Source: Candidatus Micrarchaeota archaeon
Lineage (GTDB): Archaea > Micrarchaeota > Micrarchaeia > Anstonellales > Anstonellaceae
Assembly (NCBI GenBank): GCA_043810635.1
Contig: JBDRNY010000022.1
Location: 1-34,329, forward strand
Length of the DNA stretch: 34,329 nt
Reading direction: 5' to 3'
Part shown: piece by piece, positions 10,027 to 18,626 of the stretch
How the letters are laid out: the number at the start of each line of letters is the position of its first letter
How positions within the stretch are numbered: the stretch's first letter is position 1
Notes under the pieces: model-generated
Seen by the model: only the letters and a program-made list of their open reading frames with translations
Told to the model about the DNA's origin: nothing
Database searches by the model: none
Position numbers and translations under genes: made by a program

Positions 10027-11010
10027 TTATTCCTGCACTAGTGGCAGGGTTGAGCATCTTGGCCCGCCTTCTGCTTTGATTATCTCGCTTAAATCAATAG
10101 GCAGTACCCCAATCCCCCATTTTTGGATGGCTTGGATGGTGTTTTTTGCATGTGCGCTTACAATGCGCATATCCTGCGCAATACATGGGGAATTTATCCC
10201 AAGCATCGGAGATTCTTTTGTGTCAATTTGCTCAAGCTTTTCATAAATCTTTGAAAGTAACAGGATATCTTGTTTGCTTACAAAATCATTTTTATTGATA
10301 AACGCTCTGCTTAATCCGTTCGAGGAAGTTATTGGTAAAAATGAGCAGTCAAGATGGAGAATTCCTGGTTTTAATTCCAGTTTTATGACCTGTTTTGACG
10401 TGCCCAAAACAAATTGCAGCCATTCCACGGCATTTTCATTTGTTCTGTCCCCTACGCCCAAAAAAACAAAATCATGATCCACAATAACATTGCCGCCTTC
10501 AATCTTCACTTCAGAGGGAGGTTTCTCCCCGCCTTTTATAGTGGACTCTTCGGGCTTTCTTATGTTATGAACAAAGTTACACATAATGCATTTTTTGCCT
10601 ATGACAACGGCTATGTCTCTAGTATACACTCCCTCAAGGTGCTCTATTGACGGATTTATAAGAAAAACTTCTGAGCCATATTCCAGCAGCCTTTCTATAA
10701 GCTTCTCGTGCTGTACAACAGCAACAAAGCGGTCGGGCCGATTGTCAGAATTTTTTGCCTCCAAAGAATTTATTGGAGTATCTGGGTTCCAATCAAGATA
10801 TGTTGGAAGGGAAACTGCAACCTTTTTTATTGGCTTGCTCTCGCTTACTACATTTAGCCGTATGTTGTTTACATCAACAAAATCAACTGGCTTGAATTTG
10901 TCGGCATATTTTTCCTTAAGCCGGCTTATCAACTGCCGACTATATTGTACAGCAAGAGAATCCGCTGGTCTAAGCCCGTTTGTTTTCTTTCCTGCGGCAA
11001 CACCCTGCAA
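10027..11010 (-). CDS. Pentein-family enzyme (arginine deiminase/DDAH/amidinotransferase-like)
   Basis: YTRD, IEGGN, LHLD and C-terminal GGPRCSTLPL catalytic motifs. Confidence 0.85.
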   Translation of the reverse strand: MQGVAAGKKTNGLRPADSLAVQYSRQLISRLKEKYADKFKPVDFVDVNNIRLNVVSESKPIKKVAVSLPTYLDWNPDTPINSLEAKNSDNRPDRFVAVVQHEKLIERLLEYGSEVFLINPSIEHLEGVYTRDIAVVIGKKCIMCNFVHNIRKPEESTIKGGEKPPSEVKIEGGNVIVDHDFVFLGVGDRTNENAVEWLQFVLGTSKQVIKLELKPGILHLDCSFLPITSSNGLSRAFINKNDFVSKQDILLLSKIYEKLEQIDTKESPMLGINSPCIAQDMRIVSAHAKNTIQAIQKWGIGVLPIDLSEIIKAEGGPRCSTLPLVQE

Positions 11011-11022
11011 AAGATTGATTAA

Positions 11023-12231
11023 TCATTTCAGCCGCCCTCCAGAAAACCTATTTTTGTACTTCTCCCCGACTTTTTTGTAAGCATCCCGGAAAGGCATTCC
11101 TTTTTTTGCTAATTTGTAAGCTTCCTGGGTTGCAAACAATTCCTTGCTCATGGCATTTTTGCAATTTTGGGAATTTACTTTCATTCCGCCCACTACCAAA
11201 GAAGCCATTTGCAAGCTGCTTTTTGTAATTTCAACAGAATTGATGAGAGGCTCTTTTGTAAGCTGAGTATCTCGGTTGTAGCCGGATATTAAGCTCCCAA
11301 TCATATTTTTTACTTTGAATTCTTCTCCTAATACAACATAATATTTTGCGCGCATTAATTCCAGCACATCTGGGTTTTTCTTTTGGGGCATGATAGAGCT
11401 TCCTGTGCAAAATTCTGTAGGAAGGGAAATATAGCCGAATTCTGGCATGCTGAATAATATCATATCTGATGCCAATTTATTCAAATCATACATTATTGCA
11501 GAAAGTGCGCCGATTATTATTCCTTCAAATTTTCCCCGTGAATGCTGGGCATAGATGGGATTTTGCATTATTTTTGAAAATTTCATTTCTTTTGCTGTCA
11601 TTTTTCTGTCTAATTTGAATACTGGTATGCCAAATCCTGCGCCGGTGCCTAATGGAGACTGGTCTATCAATTCAGCAGCTGTTTTTAGCAAAAGCAAATT
11701 GTCTTGCATTGAATTCTCATAGCATTCGAGCCAGGTGCCGATAGTTGTTGGCATTGCCTTTTGCATATGAGTATAGCCCGGCATTTGAATATTTGCATAT
11801 TTTTTTGAAGCATTTTTCAGTGTAAAGCAGTATTTTTGCATTAAACTGGAAATTTTTCCTAATTCTTCCTTTTCATAAAGGCGCAATGCAGTAAGCACCT
11901 GGTCGTTTCGCGAGCGGCCGGTGTGGATTTTCTTTCCAACCTCGCCATACTTTTTTGTCAAATGCTTTTCAATTGCTGTATGGCAGTCCTCATCCTCGGG
12001 GGATATTTTGAATTTTCCTTTTTCATTTAATTTGATTATTTCATTTAAACCTGAAATTAATTTGCCCTTCTCTCCGTTAGACAGCACCCCGATTTTTGCA
12101 AGCATTTTTGCATGCGCAATTGATGCCATACAGTCATGCTTGACAAGCACGAGGTCGAGTAAGTAATCATTTCCTACAGTGTATTTTTCAATTTCCTTGT
12201 TTAAGGAAATTCCTTTATCCCATAATTTCAT
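11023..12231 (-). CDS. argH: Argininosuccinate lyase (short form)
   Basis: HTGRSRNDQV, PGYTHMQKAMP, GSSIMPQKKNPDVLEL; start moved to MKLWDKG (SD AGGTG). Confidence 0.95.
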   Translation of the reverse strand: MKLWDKGISLNKEIEKYTVGNDYLLDLVLVKHDCMASIAHAKMLAKIGVLSNGEKGKLISGLNEIIKLNEKGKFKISPEDEDCHTAIEKHLTKKYGEVGKKIHTGRSRNDQVLTALRLYEKEELGKISSLMQKYCFTLKNASKKYANIQMPGYTHMQKAMPTTIGTWLECYENSMQDNLLLLKTAAELIDQSPLGTGAGFGIPVFKLDRKMTAKEMKFSKIMQNPIYAQHSRGKFEGIIIGALSAIMYDLNKLASDMILFSMPEFGYISLPTEFCTGSSIMPQKKNPDVLELMRAKYYVVLGEEFKVKNMIGSLISGYNRDTQLTKEPLINSVEITKSSLQMASLVVGGMKVNSQNCKNAMSKELFATQEAYKLAKKGMPFRDAYKKVGEKYKNRFSGGRLK

Positions 12232-12282
12232 AACAATGCACCTAATTTGGAAAGAGGAGGGCAAGAATAAAAAGCGAGAAGG

Positions 12283-12555
12283 TTACTTGCAGTTCCAGTT
12301 TTTCTTAATTTCGTTAGCTTCTTCAAAAGTTATTCCCGCGTCGTCCGACAAATGCTTAGTGTAGTAAATATCCATATCTCCCCGGGTTATGCCTCTTTGC
12401 TTTCCGGTGGATAGTCCGACTTTTTCGGCTATTGTGTCTCTCTTTTTATTAAGTACTCTTTCAGCTGCCTTATTCACAATATTGGCTTGGTTGCCCTTGG
12501 AATCAAGCGCAAGCTTCTGGCCAGGATAATCCCCGAATGTTTTTAGTTTGCTCAT
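12283..12555 (-). CDS. Small hypothetical protein between argG and argH
   Basis: 90-aa ORF, SD GAGGTG, start overlaps argG stop; HTH-like [15 protein letters not shown]. Confidence 0.55.
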   Translation of the reverse strand: MSKLKTFGDYPGQKLALDSKGNQANIVNKAAERVLNKKRDTIAEKVGLSTGKQRGITRGDMDIYYTKHLSDDAGITFEEANEIKKNWNCK

Positions 12556-13832
12556 TTTTCCACCTCAATCCTCCCATATCTGTAGCCTCTTGACTTGTAG
12601 GTTTCCAATTTCTTTTTCAGCAATAAGTTGTGCGCTTTCAAACGCACCGCATTGATATTGATGAATCCTTTGGAATCTTTTTGGTCAAACCCTCCTTCAA
12701 CATCCATGCTGGAGATATCCTGGTTGTAGAGCGAGGTTGGGGAGGAGCGGCCTATTGGAATTGCATTGCCTTTATACAAGGAAAGGATTACTTTGCCGTC
12801 AATTGCCTCCTGGGATTGGTTAAATGCTGCCATAAGAAAATCCATTTCAGGGGAAAACCAATAGCCGTTGTATATAAGCTCTGCAAATTTCGGAATGAGC
12901 ATGTCACGTATGTGCATAACTTCTTTGTCCATTGCAATGCCTTCCAAATCCCGGTGGGCTATTTGCAATATGGTTCCTCCGGGAGTTTCGTATATTCCTC
13001 TGCATTTTATGCCAACATATCTATTTTCCACCATATCAACTATCCCTATGCCGTTTTCCCCTCCCACTTTATTCAAATATTCAAATAACTCGAGAGGGTC
13101 GGTTTTGGTAGTGTTGTCATTTTTATTGACAACTTTTATTGCATCCCCGTCTTTGAAATAAATTTCAATTATAGTTTCTTTGTCAGGTGCATTTTTTGGA
13201 AGGGTAATATATTCAAATACAGAATCTTCGGGGCGGTGCATTGGATCTTCCAATATTCCTGACTCATGGGAAAGGTGCATTAAATTGCCGTCTTCACTAT
13301 AAGGCTTTTTTGCAGTAGCTTTGACAGAAATGTTGTGCTTGTTGGCATACGCTATCATGTCGCTTCGCCCCTTAAATTCAGAAAGAAATTCCTCTTCTTT
13401 CCAGGGGGCAATTACTTTTATGGATGGATTTAGGGCATAATAAGAGAGCTCAAATCTTACCTGGTCATTGCCTTTGCCGGTTGCGCCATGGGCAACATAT
13501 TCCGCACCCTCTTTTTTTGCTATTTCAATCTGCTTTTTTGAAATTAGGGGGCGTGCAAGAGAGGTGCCGAGCAAATATGTGCCTTCATATATTGCATTTG
13601 CCCGAATGGCAGGGAAAATATAGTTTACCACAAATTCTTTCTTCACATCCTCAACATATACTTTGGATGCGCCTATTGAAAGTGCCTTTTCCTTGGCAGC
13701 TTTCAAATCCTCTTTTTGGCCGACATCTGCAATAAAGCAAATCACTTCATAGCCTTTTTCCAGCATCCATTTTAGAATAACTGAAGTATCTAGGCCTCCT
13801 GAGTAAGCTAATACAACTTTTTTTCCTCCCAT
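12552..13832 (-). CDS. argG: Argininosuccinate synthase
   Basis: [50 protein letters not shown]. Confidence 0.97.
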   Translation of the reverse strand: MGGKKVVLAYSGGLDTSVILKWMLEKGYEVICFIADVGQKEDLKAAKEKALSIGASKVYVEDVKKEFVVNYIFPAIRANAIYEGTYLLGTSLARPLISKKQIEIAKKEGAEYVAHGATGKGNDQVRFELSYYALNPSIKVIAPWKEEEFLSEFKGRSDMIAYANKHNISVKATAKKPYSEDGNLMHLSHESGILEDPMHRPEDSVFEYITLPKNAPDKETIIEIYFKDGDAIKVVNKNDNTTKTDPLELFEYLNKVGGENGIGIVDMVENRYVGIKCRGIYETPGGTILQIAHRDLEGIAMDKEVMHIRDMLIPKFAELIYNGYWFSPEMDFLMAAFNQSQEAIDGKVILSLYKGNAIPIGRSSPTSLYNQDISSMDVEGGFDQKDSKGFININAVRLKAHNLLLKKKLETYKSRGYRYGRIEVEK

Positions 13833-13869
13833 AAACATCACTTAGAAAGAATATTGCTCCTAAGGAGTA

Positions 13870-13927
13870 TTTAAATATAATTACAAAAAATGATAAAAAA
13901 TATAATAAAAATGTAAAGAATATTACA
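13870..13927. promoter_or_regulatory. argG promoter with two TGTAA-N6-TTACA boxes
   Basis: TTTAA-ATATAA-TTACA (13870-13885, overlapping the minus-strand TTTAAATA TATA box) and perfect TGTAA-AGAATA-TTACA (13912-13927). Confidence 0.6.
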
Positions 13928-13930
13928 ACA

Positions 13931-13963
13931 TCACTTTTTCTTGCTTTTCTTCTTCTTTGCCAT
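13931..13963 (-). CDS. Putative micro-protein MAKKKKSKKK
   Basis: ATG GCA AAG AAG AAG AAA AGC AAG AAA AAG TGA preceded by GGAGGTG (5-nt spacer) and TTTAAATA at about 14010-14017. Confidence 0.5.
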   Translation of the reverse strand: MAKKKKSKKK

Positions 13964-14053
13964 TTACCCACCTCCAATCTTTCCAATTGCTTTATCAATC
14001 CATCCACCCTATTTAAAGAATCTTGCAAAGATTGCAAAGATTTTTAATTAATC

Positions 14054-14069
14054 TGTAATAAATTTTACA
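14054..14069. promoter_or_regulatory. TGTAA-N6-TTACA box between TATA and ATG of the HTH-ACT gene
   Basis: TGTAA-TAAATT-TTACA, perfect arms, ends just before the ATG at 14071. Confidence 0.6.
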
Positions 14070-14070
14070 T

Positions 14071-14664
14071 ATGCCTAAAAATGAGAGACCTCCCTCGGTG
14101 GCAAAAATAGTGCAGAATTATATGCTTGAACGCCCGTTGCTTATGGGCCATGTTGCGGAAGGAGTAATCAACACTTCCTCCCTTGCAAGAAAAATAAAGA
14201 AAGAGACGGGGATAAGGAAGAGTGATGAGGCGGTTATGATATCCTTATACCGGTTTTTGGATAAATGCAAAAAATGGGTGGGCTCAAGCAAGGATGCTGA
14301 AAAAATAATCAAGAACACGTCTGCAAATGTGCATTCGGATTATGCTGTTGCCATAGTGGACGGAAAATTTGAGGGGAATGCAGATGCGATAATTTCATTT
14401 GGAAAAGTGTCTGTTGCCATAGGGCGTGCAAATGATTTGGCAGGGTATGAAAAGAGGGCAAAATACTACAGGGAAAATTTGGTGCTGATTGAACTGAGGC
14501 ATTCCAAGAATATAGAAGACACGCCGGGTGTGCTTTTCCACATACTTTCAAGGTTTTATGAGAAGGAAATAACTATTATAGAAGTGTTTAGCGCCTGGGA
14601 TGCAACATATATTCTGATGGAAAAAAAGAATTTGAAAAAAGTAATGGAAATGTTTTTTGCCTGA
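14071..14664 (+). CDS. Putative regulator: N-terminal helical/HTH-like domain plus C-terminal ACT domain
   Basis: SVAKIV..P.L...GVINTSSLARKI N-terminus; TPGVLFHILSRFYEKEITIIEVFS ACT motif; divergent from argG. Confidence 0.75.
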   Translation: MPKNERPPSVAKIVQNYMLERPLLMGHVAEGVINTSSLARKIKKETGIRKSDEAVMISLYRFLDKCKKWVGSSKDAEKIIKNTSANVHSDYAVAIVDGKFEGNADAIISFGKVSVAIGRANDLAGYEKRAKYYRENLVLIELRHSKNIEDTPGVLFHILSRFYEKEITIIEVFSAWDATYILMEKKNLKKVMEMFFA

Positions 14665-15039
14665 TTACCTTTTTCTTGTTTTTACAATTTTCACTTTTGA
14701 AGGGGTGAGGAGTATTTTATCCTCGTCAATTCTTGCAATATCCCCGTTTATTTTGCCGATATGGGATTTGATGTTGTCTATAATCATTTTCAGCTTGGCG
14801 GCATTTTTCTTCATATGGGATACATTGAGAAGGATGATATTTCTGGCTTTTAATTCATCCATAATTATATGGGTATCTGACTCAGATTCCAAAGCTATCG
14901 GCTTTACATAAAAATCTGCCGCCTCGTGGAGCACGTCAACGCTCTCCATCTCCACAGCGTCCATATACTCTTCAATATTCTCCACATCTCCTCCCTTGGA
15001 AATACCGAGGGATTTTGAAATGCTGTCAAAAACGCCCAT
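14665..15039 (-). CDS. sepF: Cell division protein SepF
   Basis: ELKARNIILLNV...INGDIARIDEDKILLTPSKVKI; start at MGVFD (SD GAGGTG). Confidence 0.88.
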   Translation of the reverse strand: MGVFDSISKSLGISKGGDVENIEEYMDAVEMESVDVLHEAADFYVKPIALESESDTHIIMDELKARNIILLNVSHMKKNAAKLKMIIDNIKSHIGKINGDIARIDEDKILLTPSKVKIVKTRKR

Positions 15040-15168
15040 AAATACACCTCTAAACATCATCCAATGCCTATTATTCTTTGAATAGAATGGTTAATAACTA
15101 TTTTCTTTTAAAGCTTTGCAAGGCAGGCTAGAAAGCTTTTTCAAATCCTGTGCAACTTAACAATAAAT

Positions 15169-16428
15169 ATGCCTACATTTGAAGATATTCTCTCAGCGCC
15201 CTCGCTCTTTAAAAACAGGAATGTGCTTTCCCCCCACTTTGTGCCAGAGGTGCTTCCCTTCAGGGAAAAGGAAATAGAGAAGACAATGGTGGCGGTGGCG
15301 CCGGCCCTCGGGGGGGAGAGGCCCAGAAACCTTTTTATATATGGAAAAACCGGCACCGGGAAAACATGCACTGTAAGAAAAGTCATGAAAGAACTGGAAA
15401 AAAGGAAATCAGACGCAAAAACCTGCTATGTGAATTGCAGGATGTATAATTCAAGATATAGGGTTATACAGAAAATTGTGAAGGAGTTTATGCCTGAATT
15501 GGACAAAACGGGCTTTGGCTTGGCTGTTTTTTATGAAAAATTGATAGAATATATTCAGAAAAAGGGGGAGGGGGAAAGAAGGGTTATTGTTGTGCTTGAC
15601 GAGGTGGATATGGTAAGGGATTTGGATGAGCTTATATACACCCTTACAAGGATAAATGATGAAATCTCATCTGGCTCGGTATCAATTGTCGGCATAACAA
15701 ACAGGCTGACATTCAAGGATGTGCTTGACCCGAGGAGCAAATCCTCATTATGTGAAACAGAGATGGTTTTTGCCCCCTACACTCCCATGCAATTAAGGGC
15801 GATATTGGAGCAGAGGGTAAAAGACGGGTTTCAGGAAAATACAGTTGATGAATCTGCAATAAACCTTGCAGCAGCTATTGCAGCGCAGGAAACAGGGGAT
15901 GCGAGATATGCCTTAAAATTGCTTTTAAAAGCAGGGGAATATGCTGATGAAAGGAAAACAGAAAAAATTACAGATAAGGAAGTGGAGGAGGGGAGGAGAA
16001 ATGTTGATATTGATTTGGCAACAGAAACAATTGCCACCCTGCCAATACACCAGCAGCTGGTTTTGCTTGCAGTATGCAATTTAACAATAAGGGGGAATAG
16101 CTATCAAAGGCTGACGGGCGCCGGGGAAAACGGTGAAAAGCATCTTATGTCCGGGGAAGTGTATGAAGAGTATTCAAAAGTGTGCAGGCACCACAGAAAG
16201 CCGAAAAGGTCTGCAAGATGGTATAGGGAGTATTTGAATGATTTGGAAATGCTTGGATTGATTACCACAATAGAATCAGGAAGGGGCATGCGGGGGCATA
16301 CAAGGCTGATAAAGCCGGGGTATGAACCAGAGCAGATGAAAAAAATAATTGTTTCCCAAATAGGCACAAAAGCAGGAGGAAGCGAAGAAGGGCAGTCAAC
16401 TCTTGCAGATGGGATAAAGAAGGGGTAG
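15169..16428 (+). CDS. cdc6: Orc1/Cdc6 replication initiator
   Basis: Walker A GKTGTGKT, YVNC, Walker B VLDEVD, LDPRSKSSL, GDARYAL, C-terminal wHTH with GRGMRGHTR. Confidence 0.95.
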   Translation: MPTFEDILSAPSLFKNRNVLSPHFVPEVLPFREKEIEKTMVAVAPALGGERPRNLFIYGKTGTGKTCTVRKVMKELEKRKSDAKTCYVNCRMYNSRYRVIQKIVKEFMPELDKTGFGLAVFYEKLIEYIQKKGEGERRVIVVLDEVDMVRDLDELIYTLTRINDEISSGSVSIVGITNRLTFKDVLDPRSKSSLCETEMVFAPYTPMQLRAILEQRVKDGFQENTVDESAINLAAAIAAQETGDARYALKLLLKAGEYADERKTEKITDKEVEEGRRNVDIDLATETIATLPIHQQLVLLAVCNLTIRGNSYQRLTGAGENGEKHLMSGEVYEEYSKVCRHHRKPKRSARWYREYLNDLEMLGLITTIESGRGMRGHTRLIKPGYEPEQMKKIIVSQIGTKAGGSEEGQSTLADGIKKG

Positions 16429-16433
16429 GTAAA

Positions 16434-17000
16434 TTGGAAAATAAGGATATGAAGGCAATAGCAGAATTTCTTTTCGAATCTGGCATGCTTAAAATAATTG
16501 ATAGAAACGGGTGGAATACAGTGCATGCGCCGAGGGAGAGCGTTGCCGAGCATACTTACCGAACAGTGCTTGTGGGGTATGTATTGGCAAAAATGGCTGA
16601 ATTAAGCAAAGAAGAGGAATTGCTTTTGCTTAAAGCCTGTGTTTTCCATGATTTGCATGAGGCAAGGCTTGGGGATTTGAACAAAATTTCAAGGAGATAT
16701 ATTAAGGCGGATGAGGAGAGGGCGGAAAAAGAGCAGAGGGAAAAGCTTCCTGCGCAAATAAGAGAGGATGTTGAAAATTCGCTTGCACTGCTTTCTTCCA
16801 AAATAAAAGAGTATGTTTTTGATGCAGATAAAATTGAATGCGCAATAACAGCAAAAGAATACCTGGATTTGGGCTATAAAACAGAGGTATGGATTGAAAA
16901 TACTGAAAAAATTCTGAAAACTAAGGAAGGAAAGGCGCTTTTTTCAATTATTAAGAAAACAAATTCGCTTGAATGGTTGGAAAAAGAAAGAAAAAAATAA
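16434..17000 (+). CDS. HD-domain hydrolase (YfbR/5'-deoxynucleotidase-like)
   Basis: RNGW, ESVAEH, FHDLHEARLGD, DADKIE. Confidence 0.88.
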   Translation: MENKDMKAIAEFLFESGMLKIIDRNGWNTVHAPRESVAEHTYRTVLVGYVLAKMAELSKEEELLLLKACVFHDLHEARLGDLNKISRRYIKADEERAEKEQREKLPAQIREDVENSLALLSSKIKEYVFDADKIECAITAKEYLDLGYKTEVWIENTEKILKTKEGKALFSIIKKTNSLEWLEKERKK

Positions 17001-17006
17001 GAAAAA

Positions 17007-17348
17007 TTACTCAGTTTCAACTCTGTCCATTATTTCAAGGGCTTTTTTTACAGACATGCCTTCCCTGATGCCCGCTTCTTCGGCCCATGCAGTCATTTCC
17101 CTTATTTTAGACTGGTATAAATCATCAAAAGATTTTACCCCGCAAACAAACGCAGCCACATCCCCAAGATGCTCTGCAGACAGCTTGTTTACATAAGAAC
17201 AGGCAACATACCCTTTCCTTGCCTTTAAAATTAGAAGGGGCATATTGCCAAGCTCGAAGGAGAGTCCTACATACTTCCTTCCCTCAAAGACCAGTACTTG
17301 CTCCGACAACAGATCACCCCCAACTGATCGGACATTGGATTCTGACAT
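17007..17348 (-). CDS. YunC/DUF1805 family protein
   Basis: PLLILKARKGYVACSY...AAFVCGVKSFDDL...GIREGM. Confidence 0.8.
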   Translation of the reverse strand: MSESNVRSVGGDLLSEQVLVFEGRKYVGLSFELGNMPLLILKARKGYVACSYVNKLSAEHLGDVAAFVCGVKSFDDLYQSKIREMTAWAEEAGIREGMSVKKALEIMDRVETE

Positions 17349-17353
17349 AAACG

Positions 17354-17671
17354 CTATCTGGAGAAATCTTCATTTTTTCCCCATCTGTCTCTTGATTCCC
17401 GCTCCTGCTGCCCCCACCTGTCGCGCTTTCGCGCCATCTGCCTTTTCTTTTTGTCAAAAAGGCGGCGGTGCTTTCCGCAGGAAACACAAAAATGCTGCTC
17501 TCTGCGCAGCATTGTGCGAACATCATTCAATTTTTCCTCTTCAGTGTCACCTTTGAATTCAGTGGAATACACTGTTATTTTGTCCAAGGAAAGCGCCTTG
17601 TCCCGCGGAATTCTCCTGCCGCAGGAATCGCAATTGACAAGCTTGTCCCTTCCCCTTGGTCTTTTCCCCAT
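17354..17671 (-). CDS. rps26e: Ribosomal protein eS26 (S26e)-like
   Basis: RGRDKLVNCDSCGRRIPRDKA and distal FCVSCGKH zinc knuckles; basic C-terminal tail. Confidence 0.8.
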   Translation of the reverse strand: MGKRPRGRDKLVNCDSCGRRIPRDKALSLDKITVYSTEFKGDTEEEKLNDVRTMLRREQHFCVSCGKHRRLFDKKKRQMARKRDRWGQQERESRDRWGKNEDFSR

Positions 17672-17690
17672 GAACCTGACACCGTAAATA

Positions 17691-17885
17691 TTATTTCACT
17701 TTTATTGCATACATTCCCGGAGTTTTGAATCCCAATTTTTTCGCTATTTTGGATTCTTCAGGATTGAGCACCAGCACTGAGGAATTGAACCTGTCGCTAA
17801 AATCCTGGTTTTTTCCTTCCTCGCACTGCGGGCACACGTCAACATCCCCATATATGCGCTGGCAGTTTTTGCATACTTTTGCCAT
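17691..17885 (-). CDS. spt4: Transcription elongation factor Spt4 (RpoE'')
   Basis: CKNC...CPQC, PEESKIAKKLG...PGMYAIKV. Confidence 0.92.
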   Translation of the reverse strand: MAKVCKNCQRIYGDVDVCPQCEEGKNQDFSDRFNSSVLVLNPEESKIAKKLGFKTPGMYAIKVK

Positions 17886-17886
17886 A

Positions 17887-18510
17887 TCAACCCGCTACTC
17901 CTTCTTTTTTCTTCTTTTCTTTTTTCTTTCCTTCCTTCTTTTCCCCTTCTTTTGAAGGAGAGTCGGCCTGCTTTTCGGCCCGCTCAACCCACTCGTCTTT
18001 TCCTAACCCGTCAGGTCTCATTGTAAATCCGATTTTTGTGTCTGACAATGTGGGCTTCAAAGAAACGGTTGTTATTTTTGCAAACACCAAATCATCTTTT
18101 TTGAGCGAGCGCTTGCTTTCCTTGCCAACAAAGCTTGAAGATTTTTTATTGTAATTAAGAAAATCGTTTGTTATTTGGGAAAGGTGGATAAGCCCCTCAA
18201 CAGGGCCGATTGTAACAAACGCACCGAAATCAACTATTTCAGTAACTCTGGATTCCACCACTTCATTTATTTCGGGCTTATATGTAAGCACATCAAACTT
18301 TACACCATAATATGCCGCCCCGTCAGATGGAATTACCATCCCGTCGCCCTGCGGCTGCACATTCCAAACAGAAAGAATTATTCCGATTTCGCGGTCTATC
18401 CTTCGCTCATACTTTTCGCGCAAAATCTGCATTAAGCCTGTTTTCAATTCCATTGAAAAGTTTTGCGCCGGAAGGCGTACCCTGTCCTCAATTGTTATTA
18501 CATTATACAT
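17887..18510 (-). CDS. rpoE: RNA polymerase subunit E' (Rpo7)
   Basis: DGAAYY, FGAFVTIGPVEGLIHLSQI, IGFTMRPDGLGK. Confidence 0.95.
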   Translation of the reverse strand: MYNVITIEDRVRLPAQNFSMELKTGLMQILREKYERRIDREIGIILSVWNVQPQGDGMVIPSDGAAYYGVKFDVLTYKPEINEVVESRVTEIVDFGAFVTIGPVEGLIHLSQITNDFLNYNKKSSSFVGKESKRSLKKDDLVFAKITTVSLKPTLSDTKIGFTMRPDGLGKDEWVERAEKQADSPSKEGEKKEGKKKEKKKKEGVAG

Positions 18511-18626
18511 TAATATTCACCAACACTTGATGCACCGAATGCGCTAGGGAAAAAAGGCATGATATATATTAGCAGAAAATGTTTATAATACAGCACGCCG
18601 GCTTACGAGGTTGCAAAATTGCCGCA

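Noticed and set aside
13747..14037. 96-aa minus-strand ORF upstream of argG
   Set aside because: TTG start with no SD, runs through promoters and overlaps argG out of frame; the SD points to the 10-codon ORF in another frame
18511..18626. Partly GC-rich intergenic stretch as a possible tRNA or ncRNA
   Set aside because: No cloverleaf or T-loop (GTTCRA) found; explained by the rpoE promoter
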